A DNA stretch of 64,000 nucleotides from Chrysomallon squamiferum (lineage: Eukaryota; Animalia; Mollusca): NCBI GenBank assembly GCA_012295275.1, contig CM022666.1:6324001-6388000 (forward strand), written 5' to 3'. The notes beneath the pieces are model-generated. The model saw only the letters and a program-made list of their open reading frames with translations. It searched no databases and was not told where the DNA came from. Shown here piece after piece: positions 1-12,702 of this stretch (its first letter is position 1; every line of letters starts with the position of its first letter). A program made the position numbers and the translations under genes.

Positions 1-1318
1 TATGAAATAAATTGTCTAATAAAAATCTTCACACATCTAAGTTGTTGTTCGTCATTGCCTACATAGAGGACTAATGATAAATATATATATATATATACTC
101 TTCTTCTTATCTGAAAACGGAAATGCAAATTAAATCTTTACGAGAAGAAACGGCGCCGCACGATGACCATGAAAGACTGTTTGTGTTTTGGAGAGAAAAA
201 TGTATAAATAAAGTTGGAAAATCCTGATCATTTTAGTATATAAATATACATTCTCTTGCTACAAAGAACAGAATCTTAACATAGGTTCTGCTGAAGTAAA
301 TTAGGCGATTTACTAATGCTTTAGTATCTTTATTTGTTCGTATTGCTTTTATTATTATTACTATTTTCTTTTTTCTAACGAAAAAACAGTCAAATTTTGC
401 GATCTATCGAGGAACTCTTATTCTTATGTATTAAACTAACTAAAGGAACAGAAATTGTAAATTAGTTAGCCTTTAAAAGGAAATATCAGAATTCGAATTC
501 AGTCTGATCATAGTTATCTCCTCTTTAATTTCCAACCATTTAATAATTATGCAAAAAGCAGAATTCACCTCCTTTAAGTTACATCCATCGAAAGGAACGA
601 AAACACTTATAAATACACAAACAGAAACAAGTCTTCTCGAACTGCGGCGCCCTCTTCGGAAAACAATAACAGTTTTCTCCCTTGGACACTATAACTCTTG
701 TAGTTAGGAGAGCGAATAATTATTTTATTGAGGTGTGCACATATGGCAGGAATATTTTTGATCTTCGTTTAGATTTAGATGTATTTGATTTGTCTCCGGC
801 TTTCGTTTCAAAACAGAACAATTTAGTTGTTCGTTTTTAAAAAGAGCACAGTTTGTGTAAGTAAATCTTTTACGATATAAACCAGCAATTAATAATGAAC
901 TTTTAACAATTACATAACATGCAAATAACAAGTAATTTATCGAAATAAATATAGTTCCGTCCAAAAAACCCATAGTTTAGGTCAACATCCCGAAATACAA
1001 AAAAATTATATAGTCATATCTTGCTATTACTTCAGTGACTGCAGGATCAATAATTGTATTTGTCACTTAGTCAATAAGAAAGGATTATGTTGAAAACAGC
1101 ACAAGTTATTTATCAAACTAAAGAAGAAGAAGCAGAAAACTAAGGTCTAAAATGGTTATGTCCTTGACCTAGAAATGAATCTGTACTATTAGATACAGCC
1201 AGTGGCTGTTTTCAGCGGTAACCAGTTTTACTATAGTATGTCACTAGAGTGCATGCATTCACAATATAAGTCAGTGACCTCTAGAAACCTTCTTTTTTTC
1301 ACACGTTTTACACTTTAG
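1..1318. repeat. Copy 1 of a ~1.3-1.5 kb tandem duplication (non-coding; left end cut by the window)
   Basis: 1-1318 aligns colinearly with 1477-2835: TATGAAATAAATTGTCTAAT at 1 and 1477; CACACGTTTTAC-CTTTAG ending at 1318 and 2835. Confidence 0.9.
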
Positions 1319-1476
1319 TTAGAAGTGGGGAAATGAATATATTTTAAACTATTTAGGCTACAGTTATACATCTAAGACGTATCATTAGTGAAAACATTGC
1401 TAGCTTAAAACTTTTCACAAAGATGTATGTTCTCACGCGATTCTATTCTGATAATTCATTAAGGTAACTTTGGCAG

Positions 1477-2835
1477 TATGAAATAAATTGTCTAATAGAA
1501 ATCTTCACACATCTAAGTTATTGTTCGTAATTGCCTGCATAGCGGACTAATGATAAATATATATTTCTTTCTCGGCCAAACAGCAGGCACCATCAAACAC
1601 CACACTCTTCTTATCTGAAAACGGAAATGGAAATAAAATCTTTACGAGGAGAAAACGCCCCGCTGATGTTGATGAAAGACTGGGTCTTTTTTGGAGAGAA
1701 AAATGTATAAATAAAGTTGGAAAATACTGATCATTTTAGTATATAAATATATGTTCTCTTGCTACAAGGAACAAAATTTTAAAATAGGTTCTGCTGAAAT
1801 AACCTGGGCGATTTGCCAATGCTTTAGTATGTTTATTTGTTCGAATTGCTTTTATTATTATTACTATTTTCTTTTTTCTAACGAAAAACAGTCAGATTTT
1901 GCGATCTATCAAGGAACTCTTATTCTTATGTATTAAACTAACTAAAGGAACAGAAATTGTAAATTAGTTAGCCTTAAGAAGGAAATATCAGAATTCGAAT
2001 TCAGTCTGATCATAGTTATCTCCTCTTTAATTTCCAGCCATTTAATAATTATGCAAAAAGCAGAATTCACCTCCTTTAAGTTACATCCATCGAAAGAAAC
2101 GAAAACACTAATAAATACACAAACTGAAACAAGTCTTCTCGAGTGGTGGCGCCTACTTCGAAAACAATACCAGTTATCTCCCTTGGACACTATAACTCTT
2201 GTAATTAGGAGAGCGAATAATTATTTTATTGAGGTGTGCACATATGGCAGGAATATTTTTTATCTTCGTTTAGATTTAGATGTATTTGATTTGTCTCTGG
2301 CTTTCGTTTCAAAACAGAACAATTTAGTTGTTCGTTTTTCAAAAGAGCACAGTTTGTGAAAATAAATCTTTTACGATATAAACCAGCAATTAATAACGAA
2401 CTTTTAACAATTATATAACATGCAAATAACAAGTAATTTATCGAAATAAATATAGTTCCGTCCAAAAACGCTATAGTTTAGGTCAATATCCCAAAATATA
2501 AAAAACTTGTATAGTCATATCTTGCTATTACTTCAGTGACTGCAGGATCAATAATTTATTTGTCACTTAATCAATAAGAAAGGATTATGTTGAAAACAGC
2601 ACAAGTTATTTATCAAACTAAAGAAGAAGAAGCAGAAATGTGAAGTATAAAATGGTTATGTCCTTGACCTAGAAATGAATCTGTACTATCAGATATAGCT
2701 AGTGGCTGTTTTCAGCGGTAGCCAGTTTTACAACAGTATGTCAAGACTGAGTGCACGCTTTCACACAATAAGTCAATGACCTCTAGATTTTTTTTTTTTT
2801 TTTATTATTATTTTTTCACACGTTTTACGCTTTAG
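1477..2835. repeat. Copy 2 of the tandem duplication
   Basis: Colinear with 1-1318, with scattered substitutions and indels; ORF-track entries 725..973 and 2226..2465 are the duplicated pair. Confidence 0.9.
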
Positions 2836-3055
2836 ACTGAGTGAAAATCACATTAACTCTGCAAATGGATATGACAGGGTTTTATATTTCAGTATCCTTG
2901 ATCTTTAAGTATGTTTGTCGCTCCGACAGTCTTCTATTTATAGGAAGAAAGGTTAACGGGAAGGGTTCATTGCACATCGGGTGCTATTAAAATTACTTCT
3001 ATAGTACCTACAGTTAATAAAGTAATAATGTTAATATAAGTTTGATTTATGTTTT

Positions 3056-3100
<45 letters not shown>

Positions 3101-3228
3101 TTAAACCAATATGCCGTTAATGGCACAGATATATATAATAAATAAATAAAATAAAAACATTAAAAAAATACAAGGGAGAAAAGTATCTTACGATATCCCG
3201 TTGCCAATCGTTCACTTATCTTTTCCGT

Positions 3229-3268
<40 letters not shown>

Positions 3269-5390
3269 TATCTGTTGTTGATATAAACAAAAGAAATGTA
3301 TCTACTGAAACACAATTACACACATAACCGGGTTTTACTTAAAAACTAAGAAGAGATTATATATCTTCGTCACAAAGTCATGCAACAGTTATCTCGCTGA
3401 GAAAAGAAAACAAAAACAAATCTTTATAAATATATAACTTTATGTCACGTGAAACAATTATGGTGATCACCGTCAAAGAAAAACGTTCGCGATTGGTAGA
3501 TATTCCTGCTCGGCCGTTCAACCCTCACAGGAAATAAGCGCTTCCAATGTAGTATTTGTTGCCTGTGTAGAAATCTATGAAAGAGAATAAAGCAAATTAA
3601 TGTATGATAAAAATAGAAATGTGCATACATTATATAAGCACACATCACACGTTTGACCTACATTTCATAAACTATTTGCATTAACGCATCTCCTGTAATA
3701 ACGTAGGTTTCTAGGAATGCACGGTGCAGTAGACACATTGGAGATACGTGTTTATATTTAGTTACTCAAAGGTGCATTGCTGAATTATTACCTCTTTTCG
3801 TCTGGAAAAAAAAAAATGATATTTCGGAAAAGCTTTTGGATGTAAGGCTTCCTGAAATTCGGTGATATTTCTTTACGTTAAACTTTTCATCATCTGTTAA
3901 CAGAGGAAAAGAACATAAGGATGGCTTACGATGCCTTTTCCAATTTTACCATGCTAACTTAAACATCATGCATTAAAGCAAGGTATCATAAAGGAATTAT
4001 ACGTAAAATATTATAATAATATTAGAGAAATTCGTTTCTGATTGCCACGCTAAATTAAACAATAAAACGCCATGTATTGAAACCATGCGAAATAATACAA
4101 TATAGTACGCGAAATAATACAATATATTTATGGATTTTTCGTTGACAAATCCGACGACTACAACAACCTCCACTGATACCAAGGTCAGATTCTGGAAAAC
4201 ATCAGTATATTTCTTTTTTCAAGTCTGGACTTGTTGTGAAACAAAACCCGTGTCTCCTGTCGAAATTCTGTGATGAAGTAAATATTTATTTAATTAATTT
4301 CGTTTACTACTGATTGACAGACTGACTGATTTTATTTTATTTACAATTAGAAAACGATAAATTCACGTTATATTAATTTTTAGTTAATTATAGATAAATA
4401 GACTGATACGTACATACATACATAATATTTATATATAGAGAGAGAGAGATAGAGAGAGAGTTTCTTTCAAAGCTGAGCCGTTATTTTCCTAACAGTATGC
4501 ACGATAAGCTAATGAATATTACGAACCTCTGTATAGCTTACGCATACTGTTCGACACAGATGTTTTTATATGTTTGTGTTCTCTGTACCGAATCGAAATG
4601 TTATTGCACGAAGCATGAACTGTTCATTAGCATATCTTGTAAACGGTGCAGAAAAAAAATAGCTCAATATATTTTTTTTTTCTGCGAGTTGCACACATAT
4701 GCAAATATTTTGGAAAAGCATTATACATTTGTATACAATTATAATGTATCGCTGCTGCGTATTTCCGTTTCTCACAGAGCGAGAGTGAAAAAAAATTAAA
4801 TTAAAACAAAAGTGCATGTATGTGACTGAGTGTAGAGAAAGAGAGAGATAGCTGGATAGACTGACAGACAGACATACGGATAGACAGACAGATCTCGTGA
4901 ATATTATTTTTATTTTCGTCAAATTAATGTTGTTGTTTTTTTCTTTTTTTTTCTTTTTAATATTTTAATTTTTTAATTTTAATTTTCTTTTTTCTTTTTT
5001 TTTTTGCAGTTAATATTGAACACAACAAGTGATTCTTCTCTGTTAGAAACGACAACGATAAAACAAATTTATGCACCGTCACCCTTTTGACTCTGATGCA
5101 ATTTGTTCTTTTTTTGCGTCGACCCTTTGATATCGAATTAGTCCCCAGTAACTACTGACCCCTTGCTGAATGTTCATGATGCAACAGATCATTATACTGT
5201 ATACCTACTCGCAAATTAGTAAGAAGTAATACTGAATTATGTTTCTAATTTTTAATGCAGAACGGTAAGAAAACATATCGGACATTGAACGCTATCATGA
5301 ATGAATAACAAAGCTCACAAAGCATGTCGGGTAATATAAGCAGCCACGCAGAACGACACATCGTTACTGCATTCACTGTTTGCTTTAACC

Positions 5391-6572
5391 ATGGACAAAA
5401 TCGAACGAATTCGAGATGAACTGTCAAAGTTTCACTACATTCAGTACACAATTTGTGATATAAACGGATTCTCTCGGGGAAAAATTCTTCCGGTTCGGAA
5501 TGCTACGGATTTTGAGAAAGGATTGACAGTTAACTGTGGTAAGATTATTATTAATATTACGGTATTGTTTTGTTTTCTTTTGTGTTTTTTTTCTATTTTT
5601 ATTTTTTATTTTCTTCAATAGAGACGTGTCTAAACTGACGCTATATCTAGCGGCTTCGCTCGCATATCGCACACAACATAGACTGGTCCACTGCTGATAG
5701 CTTTTTTTTTTCCTTTTCTTTTTTGTTTCTTTTATTTATTTCCCTGCTTTGAGTTAATTGTTCGTTGATTTATATTTTTTTGTTGCTTTTGGTGTGGTTT
5801 TTTTTTTTTCGTTTTTAAATATATACATATATAAATATAGATATAGATATAGTGTTTTTAATAAACTATGTTATTAAATTACTGTTTTGCAATATTTGCC
5901 ACAACTGAATGAGAAAATAATTGCAGTCATTAGAAGCTAATATTTAAACTCTTTAATACATACAAAGTAATATATTTTGGTATATATTTGCTTGTTTTCA
6001 TTTCTTTTTATTTATTTATTTTTATTTTAACTTTTTGAAGAAAAGTTTTTAAAAAAACCCAACCGATTGTCAGTAAATGTGAATCATTTCCTTTACTTTT
6101 GATATTTATTCTGCGTCAGCTCATTAACGGACAAAAAACGGTTTTGTGATACAAACTGACGAAGACTAGGATAAAAAACATTCATGTGTACTCGAGGATT
6201 AAAAGGCGCCATCTTTAGCACAAGCATTTATAACTTTTCAAAGTCAAGAAAGGCAATCCATTATATTTAATGCATTAACTGAGAAAAAGATTTATGCATA
6301 TTACTCAAAAGATATCCTCGTGAATTAATTTTATACAAAGCAGTGCGTTTTCTATAAAATTGTCAACCTTTAAGTTTAAGGCCAAGATTATTATTTATAT
6401 ATTTATTTATTTATTTAGTTAGTTAGTTAGTTAGTTAGTTATTGTTACCCCTTTCATAGTACATTCTTTGACGTGGTGAGGGGACTTGTATTCTCAATGC
6501 TCCAAAGAGATGTGCCACCAGGAACTTTGGCTTCTTCTGTAGATCTGTGGAGGCAGCTGGATTCACTGAGAT

Positions 6573-6604
<32 letters not shown>

Positions 6605-8857
6605 ACTGATAAAAGAGCAGAGGAGACAAAAAGCTGGCAGGAAGAAAAAAAAAACACACCGTTAATCTCATTAATAGTCTGCTTGATCAACATTCTACTC
6701 CGGATGTTGTCATTCCGAACCTATCCTGACCTTGCCTTCTGCACCGATGATGTCCATGGACGAAGTGCAGTACCACAAACTGGTCGTTCTAAACTTAAGT
6801 GATAGCAAAATCCATACAGCTTCACATCCCCCTAAGGTGGAACAAGAAGAAAGCCTAACTCTACTAGAATTTTAAAAAGGCCTCAAGATCTAAAAAATCA
6901 AAAAAATCTCGAGGACTGCAACATGTACAGATGGACCAAGTATTATCTGCATCATCGAAAGGCAAGAGTAATGGCAGATGGCCAACACAGCAAGAAAATA
7001 CTTTTGCGTCGTGGAATACCTCAGGGAGGAGTACTGTCGCCTCCTCTTTTCATCATCTTCATCAGTGACCTGGTCACACAAGTATCTAAAGGGAAACATG
7101 CAGCACAATGCGCAGATGATCTAGTTTTGTGATGCTCGGAGGAGTATGCAGCTTCAGCAACGTAACGCATACAATTTGCTCTTGACAATGTTACATCTTG
7201 CACTCGAGACTGGTGCATGACAATCAACTAAGACAAATCAGCTGTCACTCTTTTCTCACTCTTCTGAAAGCAGGACGCGGATAACCTAGAACTTGAGGAC
7301 ACCCCTCTCCAGAATGATGACCAACAGACATACTTAGGGGTCATTTTTGACAAGAGACAGACCCGGAAATTCCAAGTGAAGCAAGCTGAGGCCGAAGCTC
7401 GAAATACGGATCCAATGCATGGTAGCAAAGTCACATCAACAAAAACTATCTAGCTGGTATTTCATCCCTCAACAAACACCGGGAATCCAAACTCATGATT
7501 CAATATAGGAAGAACCAAATGTTGCATTTGAGCAAAGTGATTTATTTATCTGTATGTATGTTTATAAGTATCATTAATTGCATTTGAATTGTCGCCTTAT
7601 TAAAGAACTGACATAATTACTCAAGTTCTAATCATTTGAACTTTCAACGTTGACTAATACAAACACCATTTCTATTTTCCAGGGACACTGATTTTAGGAC
7701 ATAAAGGAGAATCAGTACTTCCCCAAGAGGTGAGTGACAGATGTATTTCAAACATGGCTATGGTACCAGATCTGGACACCTTTCATCCTATACCTTGGGC
7801 AGGAAAGGACAAATACAAAGTAGCTGAATTCTACTGTGATACACTATGGTTGCCAGAACTTACATATCAAGAGGCCTGTCCCAGATATATTGCAAAGCGA
7901 CAGATGCTGAAGTTACAGAATTTGGGATTTGATATCTTTAGTGCGTTTGAAATGGAGTTCATACTTCTAAATCGGAAAACGAAAAAGCCAATATTTGACA
8001 ACTTTGATTACTGCCTAAATAGAACTTTTAGAAGTACAGAGATGTTTTTATTCGATGTTGACACGCTTCTGTTCGAATCTGGTGTGGAAATTGGCGATTT
8101 TCACCTTGAATACGGTCCAGGCAAGATAGAATGCGCCTTAAAACCTCAGTGGGGCATTAAATGTCCAGACGCGACCTTTGGCTTCACACAAGGTCTCTTT
8201 GAAATAGCAGAACAGCAGGACATGTATCCGAGTTTTATCCCCAAAACGAGTGAGAACGAAACTGGCATTGGTACACATTTCAACCATTCCCTGTGGAGAA
8301 AGGAAAGAAAAACCAACTGTTTTCATGATTCTTCGAAAGAAAATTCATTGTCCGACATCACCCACTACTGGATTGGTGGACTTACAAAACATGTCGAAGC
8401 CTTAACAGCGATTTGTTGTCCAACAGTCAACTGCTATCGACGGCTGTTCCATCCTCGAATTCCAGGAAAATGTTTCTGGGATATCGACAACCGAAACGCA
8501 ACTTTTCGCCTAAAGAACGAAGATAACAATACGTACATTGAAAATCGAATTCCAAGTGGAAAATGTAATCCTTACCTTGTGTTTGCAGCAACCATTGCTG
8601 CAGGTATTGACGGCATCGTCAACAAGATAGAATGTCCACCTCTTAAACAACCATCTGCGAAAGATCTTCCAGCGACCCTCTCGGCTGCTTTGGATGCTCT
8701 GAAGAAAGACGATGTGATGGTTTCAGCACTGAGTCAAGAATTTGTAGACTGGTTTGTCCAGCTGAAAACAGAAACAGAAATAACACCTTTACGAGGGGAA
8801 GATGCTCCCAAAAATGATGAGGAATTATTACAACTAGAAATAGAAATGTACGAATGA
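5391..8857 (+). CDS. Glutamine synthetase I-family / lengsin-like protein, 2 coding exons (5391-5538, 7683-8857), 440 aa
   Basis: Exon 1 MDKIE...CDINGFSRGKILP (GS beta-grasp motif D-x-x-G-x-x-R-G-K) ends TGTG|GTAAG. The phase-1 acceptor TTTTCCAG|GG at 7683, with branch-like TGACTAAT upstream, joins in frame to ORF 7730..8857. Catalytic-domain motifs: SAFEMEF, HLEYGPGKIE, GTHFNHSLW, PTVNCYRRL, DNRNATFR, YIENRIP, CNPYLVFAATIAAG. Confidence 0.92.
6446..7410 (+). mobile_element. Decayed, internally deleted non-LTR retrotransposon (Ingi/I-group-like) in the GS-like intron
   Basis: RT motifs GIPQGGVLSPPLFIIFISDL, CADDLVL (YADD-equivalent) and QTYLGVIFDKR at ~6920-7410, interrupted by stops. 6446-6520 resembles the 5' hallmark of Ingi/RTE elements. 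Confidence 0.8.
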
Positions 8858-9131
8858 CTGAACTTTTCAATAACGCCGTCTTTCAGTCTTTCCATTAACA
8901 CAACTGGAACATTAAGGGGATACTTCTACATTTCATTTAAAGACATTAGGTTTCATTTAGTCACAAATTTTAATATTATTCTTTTCTAATATATTTTCTT
9001 GTTACATGTACCTATGTTCTCATATGAGGAGCCATCGCTTCGATATTCCGTTACAACCAGAGATCTATAACTTGTGTGTACTTTAAAGTACATATTTCAA
9101 AATCCATCATTTCATTGTTTACATACATACT

Positions 9132-9162
<31 letters not shown>

Positions 9163-9281
9163 GCACACACACATACACACATAGTTGTTATTATTATTTT
9201 ATTAATTTTGTTGTTGTTCATAAGTTTTTGTTCTGTTGTTTTTTTGAGGGGTTTCTTTTGTTTTTGTTGTTATTGTTATTG

Positions 9282-9341
<60 letters not shown>

Positions 9342-10316
9342 TTTAATCATAATATAACTTTGCACATACGATTTATAGATCATTTGAAATATTTTGTAAA
9401 TGATGCTTGGATTCAAAATGATTTTGGAGCTGTACCATAAAGCTGAAAAAGGATTTTGCATTAAACAATTGTAAACTTATCTTATTCAAAAAAATATTGC
9501 TTATTTTAACTCGCTTTGTTGTTGTTGTTTTTAATTATTTCTTTCTTTTCTTCTTCTTCTTCTTTTGTCTTTTTATATATTTTTAAAGATAAAAAAACCA
9601 TAAAAACAAACAAAACAAAACAAATGTTGATGATAGTGATGCATCTCACTGCAAAAAGAAAAGACATCAATATAAACGAAAGTTTATTTTTATTTTGTAA
9701 AATAATAGTAATTACTTTTCTTAAAGTGTTTGTTTATTTTGTTTATTTGTTTGTTTAATGTTTATTTACTTTTAATAAGAAAAAATTGTATACCATATTT
9801 TTTGGAGATGCATCATTTTGAAAGACTATAACTTTAAATAAATACATTTTGGAGAAGAATTATCCCCTTTCATAATTTGTTGTTATCATCATCATTATCT
9901 TCATCATCGTCATCATCTCTATTATTCATTCATTCATTCATATTTTTCTTTTGTATGGATTGTGTTATTTTGTCTTCATTATTCACATATAAAAAACAGA
10001 ATTAACTTTTAGTTCATATCTGACAATGAACCATAAATTAAGAAAACAATTTTATCACATCTACAATCTTATAAAAATATAAACAATCTGTAAAACTGGA
10101 ATGAAACAAATAAAATGTTTAATGGTTTCATTCATTTAGACCTTACTCTGTTAGAAGCTAGAGCAAGCCTGGACACGAAATTGTGTGTGCAGTACAAGTA
10201 AAACCAAAACCAAAGAAAAACAATCTAAAATATAGAGAAACTAATTGTTCATTCATCATCATTTAACATCTCTGTTTACGTTTCATTTAAAAACAATTTC
10301 AGGCTGGAACCACGCG

Positions 10317-10422
10317 CACACACACACACACACACACACGTACATATAATTATGATGACTAGATAAATTTCTATATTTACGGGATCTGACCATAAATATA
10401 TCTGTTCTATTTCGATACATTA

Positions 10423-10494
<72 letters not shown>

Positions 10495-10501
10495 CCTCCC
10501 T

Positions 10502-10581
<80 letters not shown>

Positions 10582-10582
10582 C
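10317..10582. repeat. Compound microsatellites (CA)n, long (CT)n/(CCCT)n, (TG)n
   Basis: Directly visible; the (CT)n tract runs ~10424-10569. Confidence 0.95.
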
Positions 10583-10587
10583 TGTGT

Positions 10588-10910
10588 AAACCTTACGCAG
10601 GGGGGTGCGAGGGTTACGTACGTACATACCCCCCATAATCTGCAAATGTCCGTCCGTGGATGTATTTAAAAAAATTAAAATGGTCCGCTCTGAAGTGTAT
10701 GAACTTTTCGCAGTTATGGTAGATCCAATGTCGCAATGCGCAGTGGAAATGTGCTGTAACGCAACAAATATTAATTTGTAGATTCTTTTTGATTACCTCC
10801 CTTGCCAATTTACTTCTCAGGATGCAAGAAAATGCACCCCTGCATTTTATACTTTTTTTTTTTTTTTTTTTTTTTTTTTGGTTTCTGATCCAGCTAGTAA
10901 CTCCGGCTCT
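10588..10910. mobile_element. Degenerate non-autonomous DNA element (MITE-like)
   Basis: GC-rich end CGCAGGGGGGTGCGAGGG..CCCCCC hairpin, internal CAGGATGCAAGAAAATGCA, far end CTAGTAACTCCGGCTCT. Resembles common invertebrate MITEs; no clean TIR or TSD. Confidence 0.4.
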
Positions 10911-11093
10911 TTGTGCCATCGATTAATCAGCACAGCCTGTGACGGTGCCAGTACTTAAAGAGCTCATTATCATGTCTAGGAGCTTAAAACACTATGACAA
11001 AGATTGGTAAATTTCCATTTGTGGCAGTAATATCCTCTAGATAAATTTAACACATCAACAAATGTACATTCTGAGTGTTTTATTTATATACAG

Positions 11094-11136
<43 letters not shown>

Positions 11137-12702
11137 CAATTCGTTGTTAATGACACAGATTATAATTATTAATATTTGTCGTTATTTTATCTCCTTTTTT
11201 TTTCTTTTTTCTTTTTCTTTTCTTTCTTTCTTTCTTTCTTTTTTTTTTTTTTTTTTTTACCTATATATAGAAACTAGATAATTTCAAGATTATATACATA
11301 TAAAAATGAGTACGTTAATAAAATATCTATAGTTAATATAACCGGGTTTTGCATTAAAAAGACGAGATTATCTATCTTCTTCACACTGCCCGCCACAGTT
11401 TCTGTGTATGCTTGGCAAAGATTAGTAAAAACACATTTAGACTTGTCTTTGACGGAGAACGAACGATACCTTCCGAATATCCGTCTGAGCTGTTCTCCGC
11501 CAAAAGATACTCCTGCTAGCTATAATAGGTCTGCATTATGTAATAAATTACACAAGTTCTTTACCGTATGTATTATACCGCTTTTTAAAATGTATTGGAT
11601 GTTTCACTAAATAAGACACTAATATGCAAGATCAATTTAATGAAAACTAATCCCGAGATAATGTTTATTTTCGTATTATTTTATATTTTTTAATTTTTTT
11701 TTTTTTTATTGTAACTTTTATTTATTTATTTATTTGTTGTCTTCATGAAGAACCGTAACTTCTTTTTTTGAAAAAGAGAGTTATGTCCCTTGCTTTCCGA
11801 GCATCGTCAAAATGTGCTGGCGTACATTACTTACAGAAGTTTGTAAAGTATTCAGTATTGGAACAAAACTTTGACCATCAAAGGGTATTCATACTTGATA
11901 TTATTATTTTTAGTACTCTTGCAGATTTAAAATGTTAATTTGAATGTTTCAACTTAGTTTCTAGGGTAATTGACTGATATGATGAAGGTCAATCCAGCAA
12001 ATGCTACACTGTATACATATAAATATTTTATTTTTTTATTCTCACGTGAAAACAAGTGTAATAGTTTACGTTAAAACTAGGATAAAAGCCCAGCCAGATA
12101 TTTTGCGATATTTATAAAAAATAAAACGATAAAAATAGCATAGGAGATGTTCACCTATGCAAGGTTCGTGTTTTTGCATCAGCAGCCTATCATCCATATG
12201 ATATCAGATATGTCATTGATCAAACACTAAAACTATGTTTTTGCTCAGCAAATCCATACATTTTGTGAGTTTTCCTAAACTAAATTATGACATTTCATTC
12301 TTTTCTTTTTTTTCAGTCACCATAATGGCATTTATTTTAATTGTGTTTTCTATCAAGTTTCATTAAACACTGATAACATATATTTTAGATCTTGTTAATG
12401 TCTGTGGTAAAATAAATTACAGATAATTTAGACTGATGCATTTTAATAACTTGGATGTTCTTCAGATCTTGAAATTAAATTATAATCAACCATTCACATA
12501 ATTTATATTTAATTTATTTTTAAATTATAATCTAAAATAAATGAAATAATGTGCTTAAATTGAAAAAAAAAAAAAAGAAGTAAAGAAACACTTAAGATGT
12601 ACACTGATTATTATCAATTTTTTATTTATATTTTATAGCCTGATTTGACCTTGCTTTGTTTTTAAAGTGATAATATAATAATATTATTTCTGATCATTTC
12701 AG

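Noticed and set aside
725-2465. Paired ORFs in the tandem duplication (725..973, 2051..2359, 2226..2465)
   Set aside because: The reading frame of 2051..2359 is broken in the other copy and no domain is recognisable in any of them.
5252-5270. TGCAG-AACG-GTAAG as a 4-nt micro-exon upstream of the GS-like gene
   Set aside because: Could arise by chance; cannot be supported without transcript data.
7730-8857. Long uninterrupted GSI-like ORF as bacterial contamination or recent horizontal transfer
   Set aside because: It has a spliceosomal intron containing a LINE relic, host-like composition and eukaryotic flanks; lengsin-like GSI genes are native to animals.
9076-11281. Poly-Ile, poly-Tyr and RE-repeat ORFs
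   Set aside because: Microsatellite translations.
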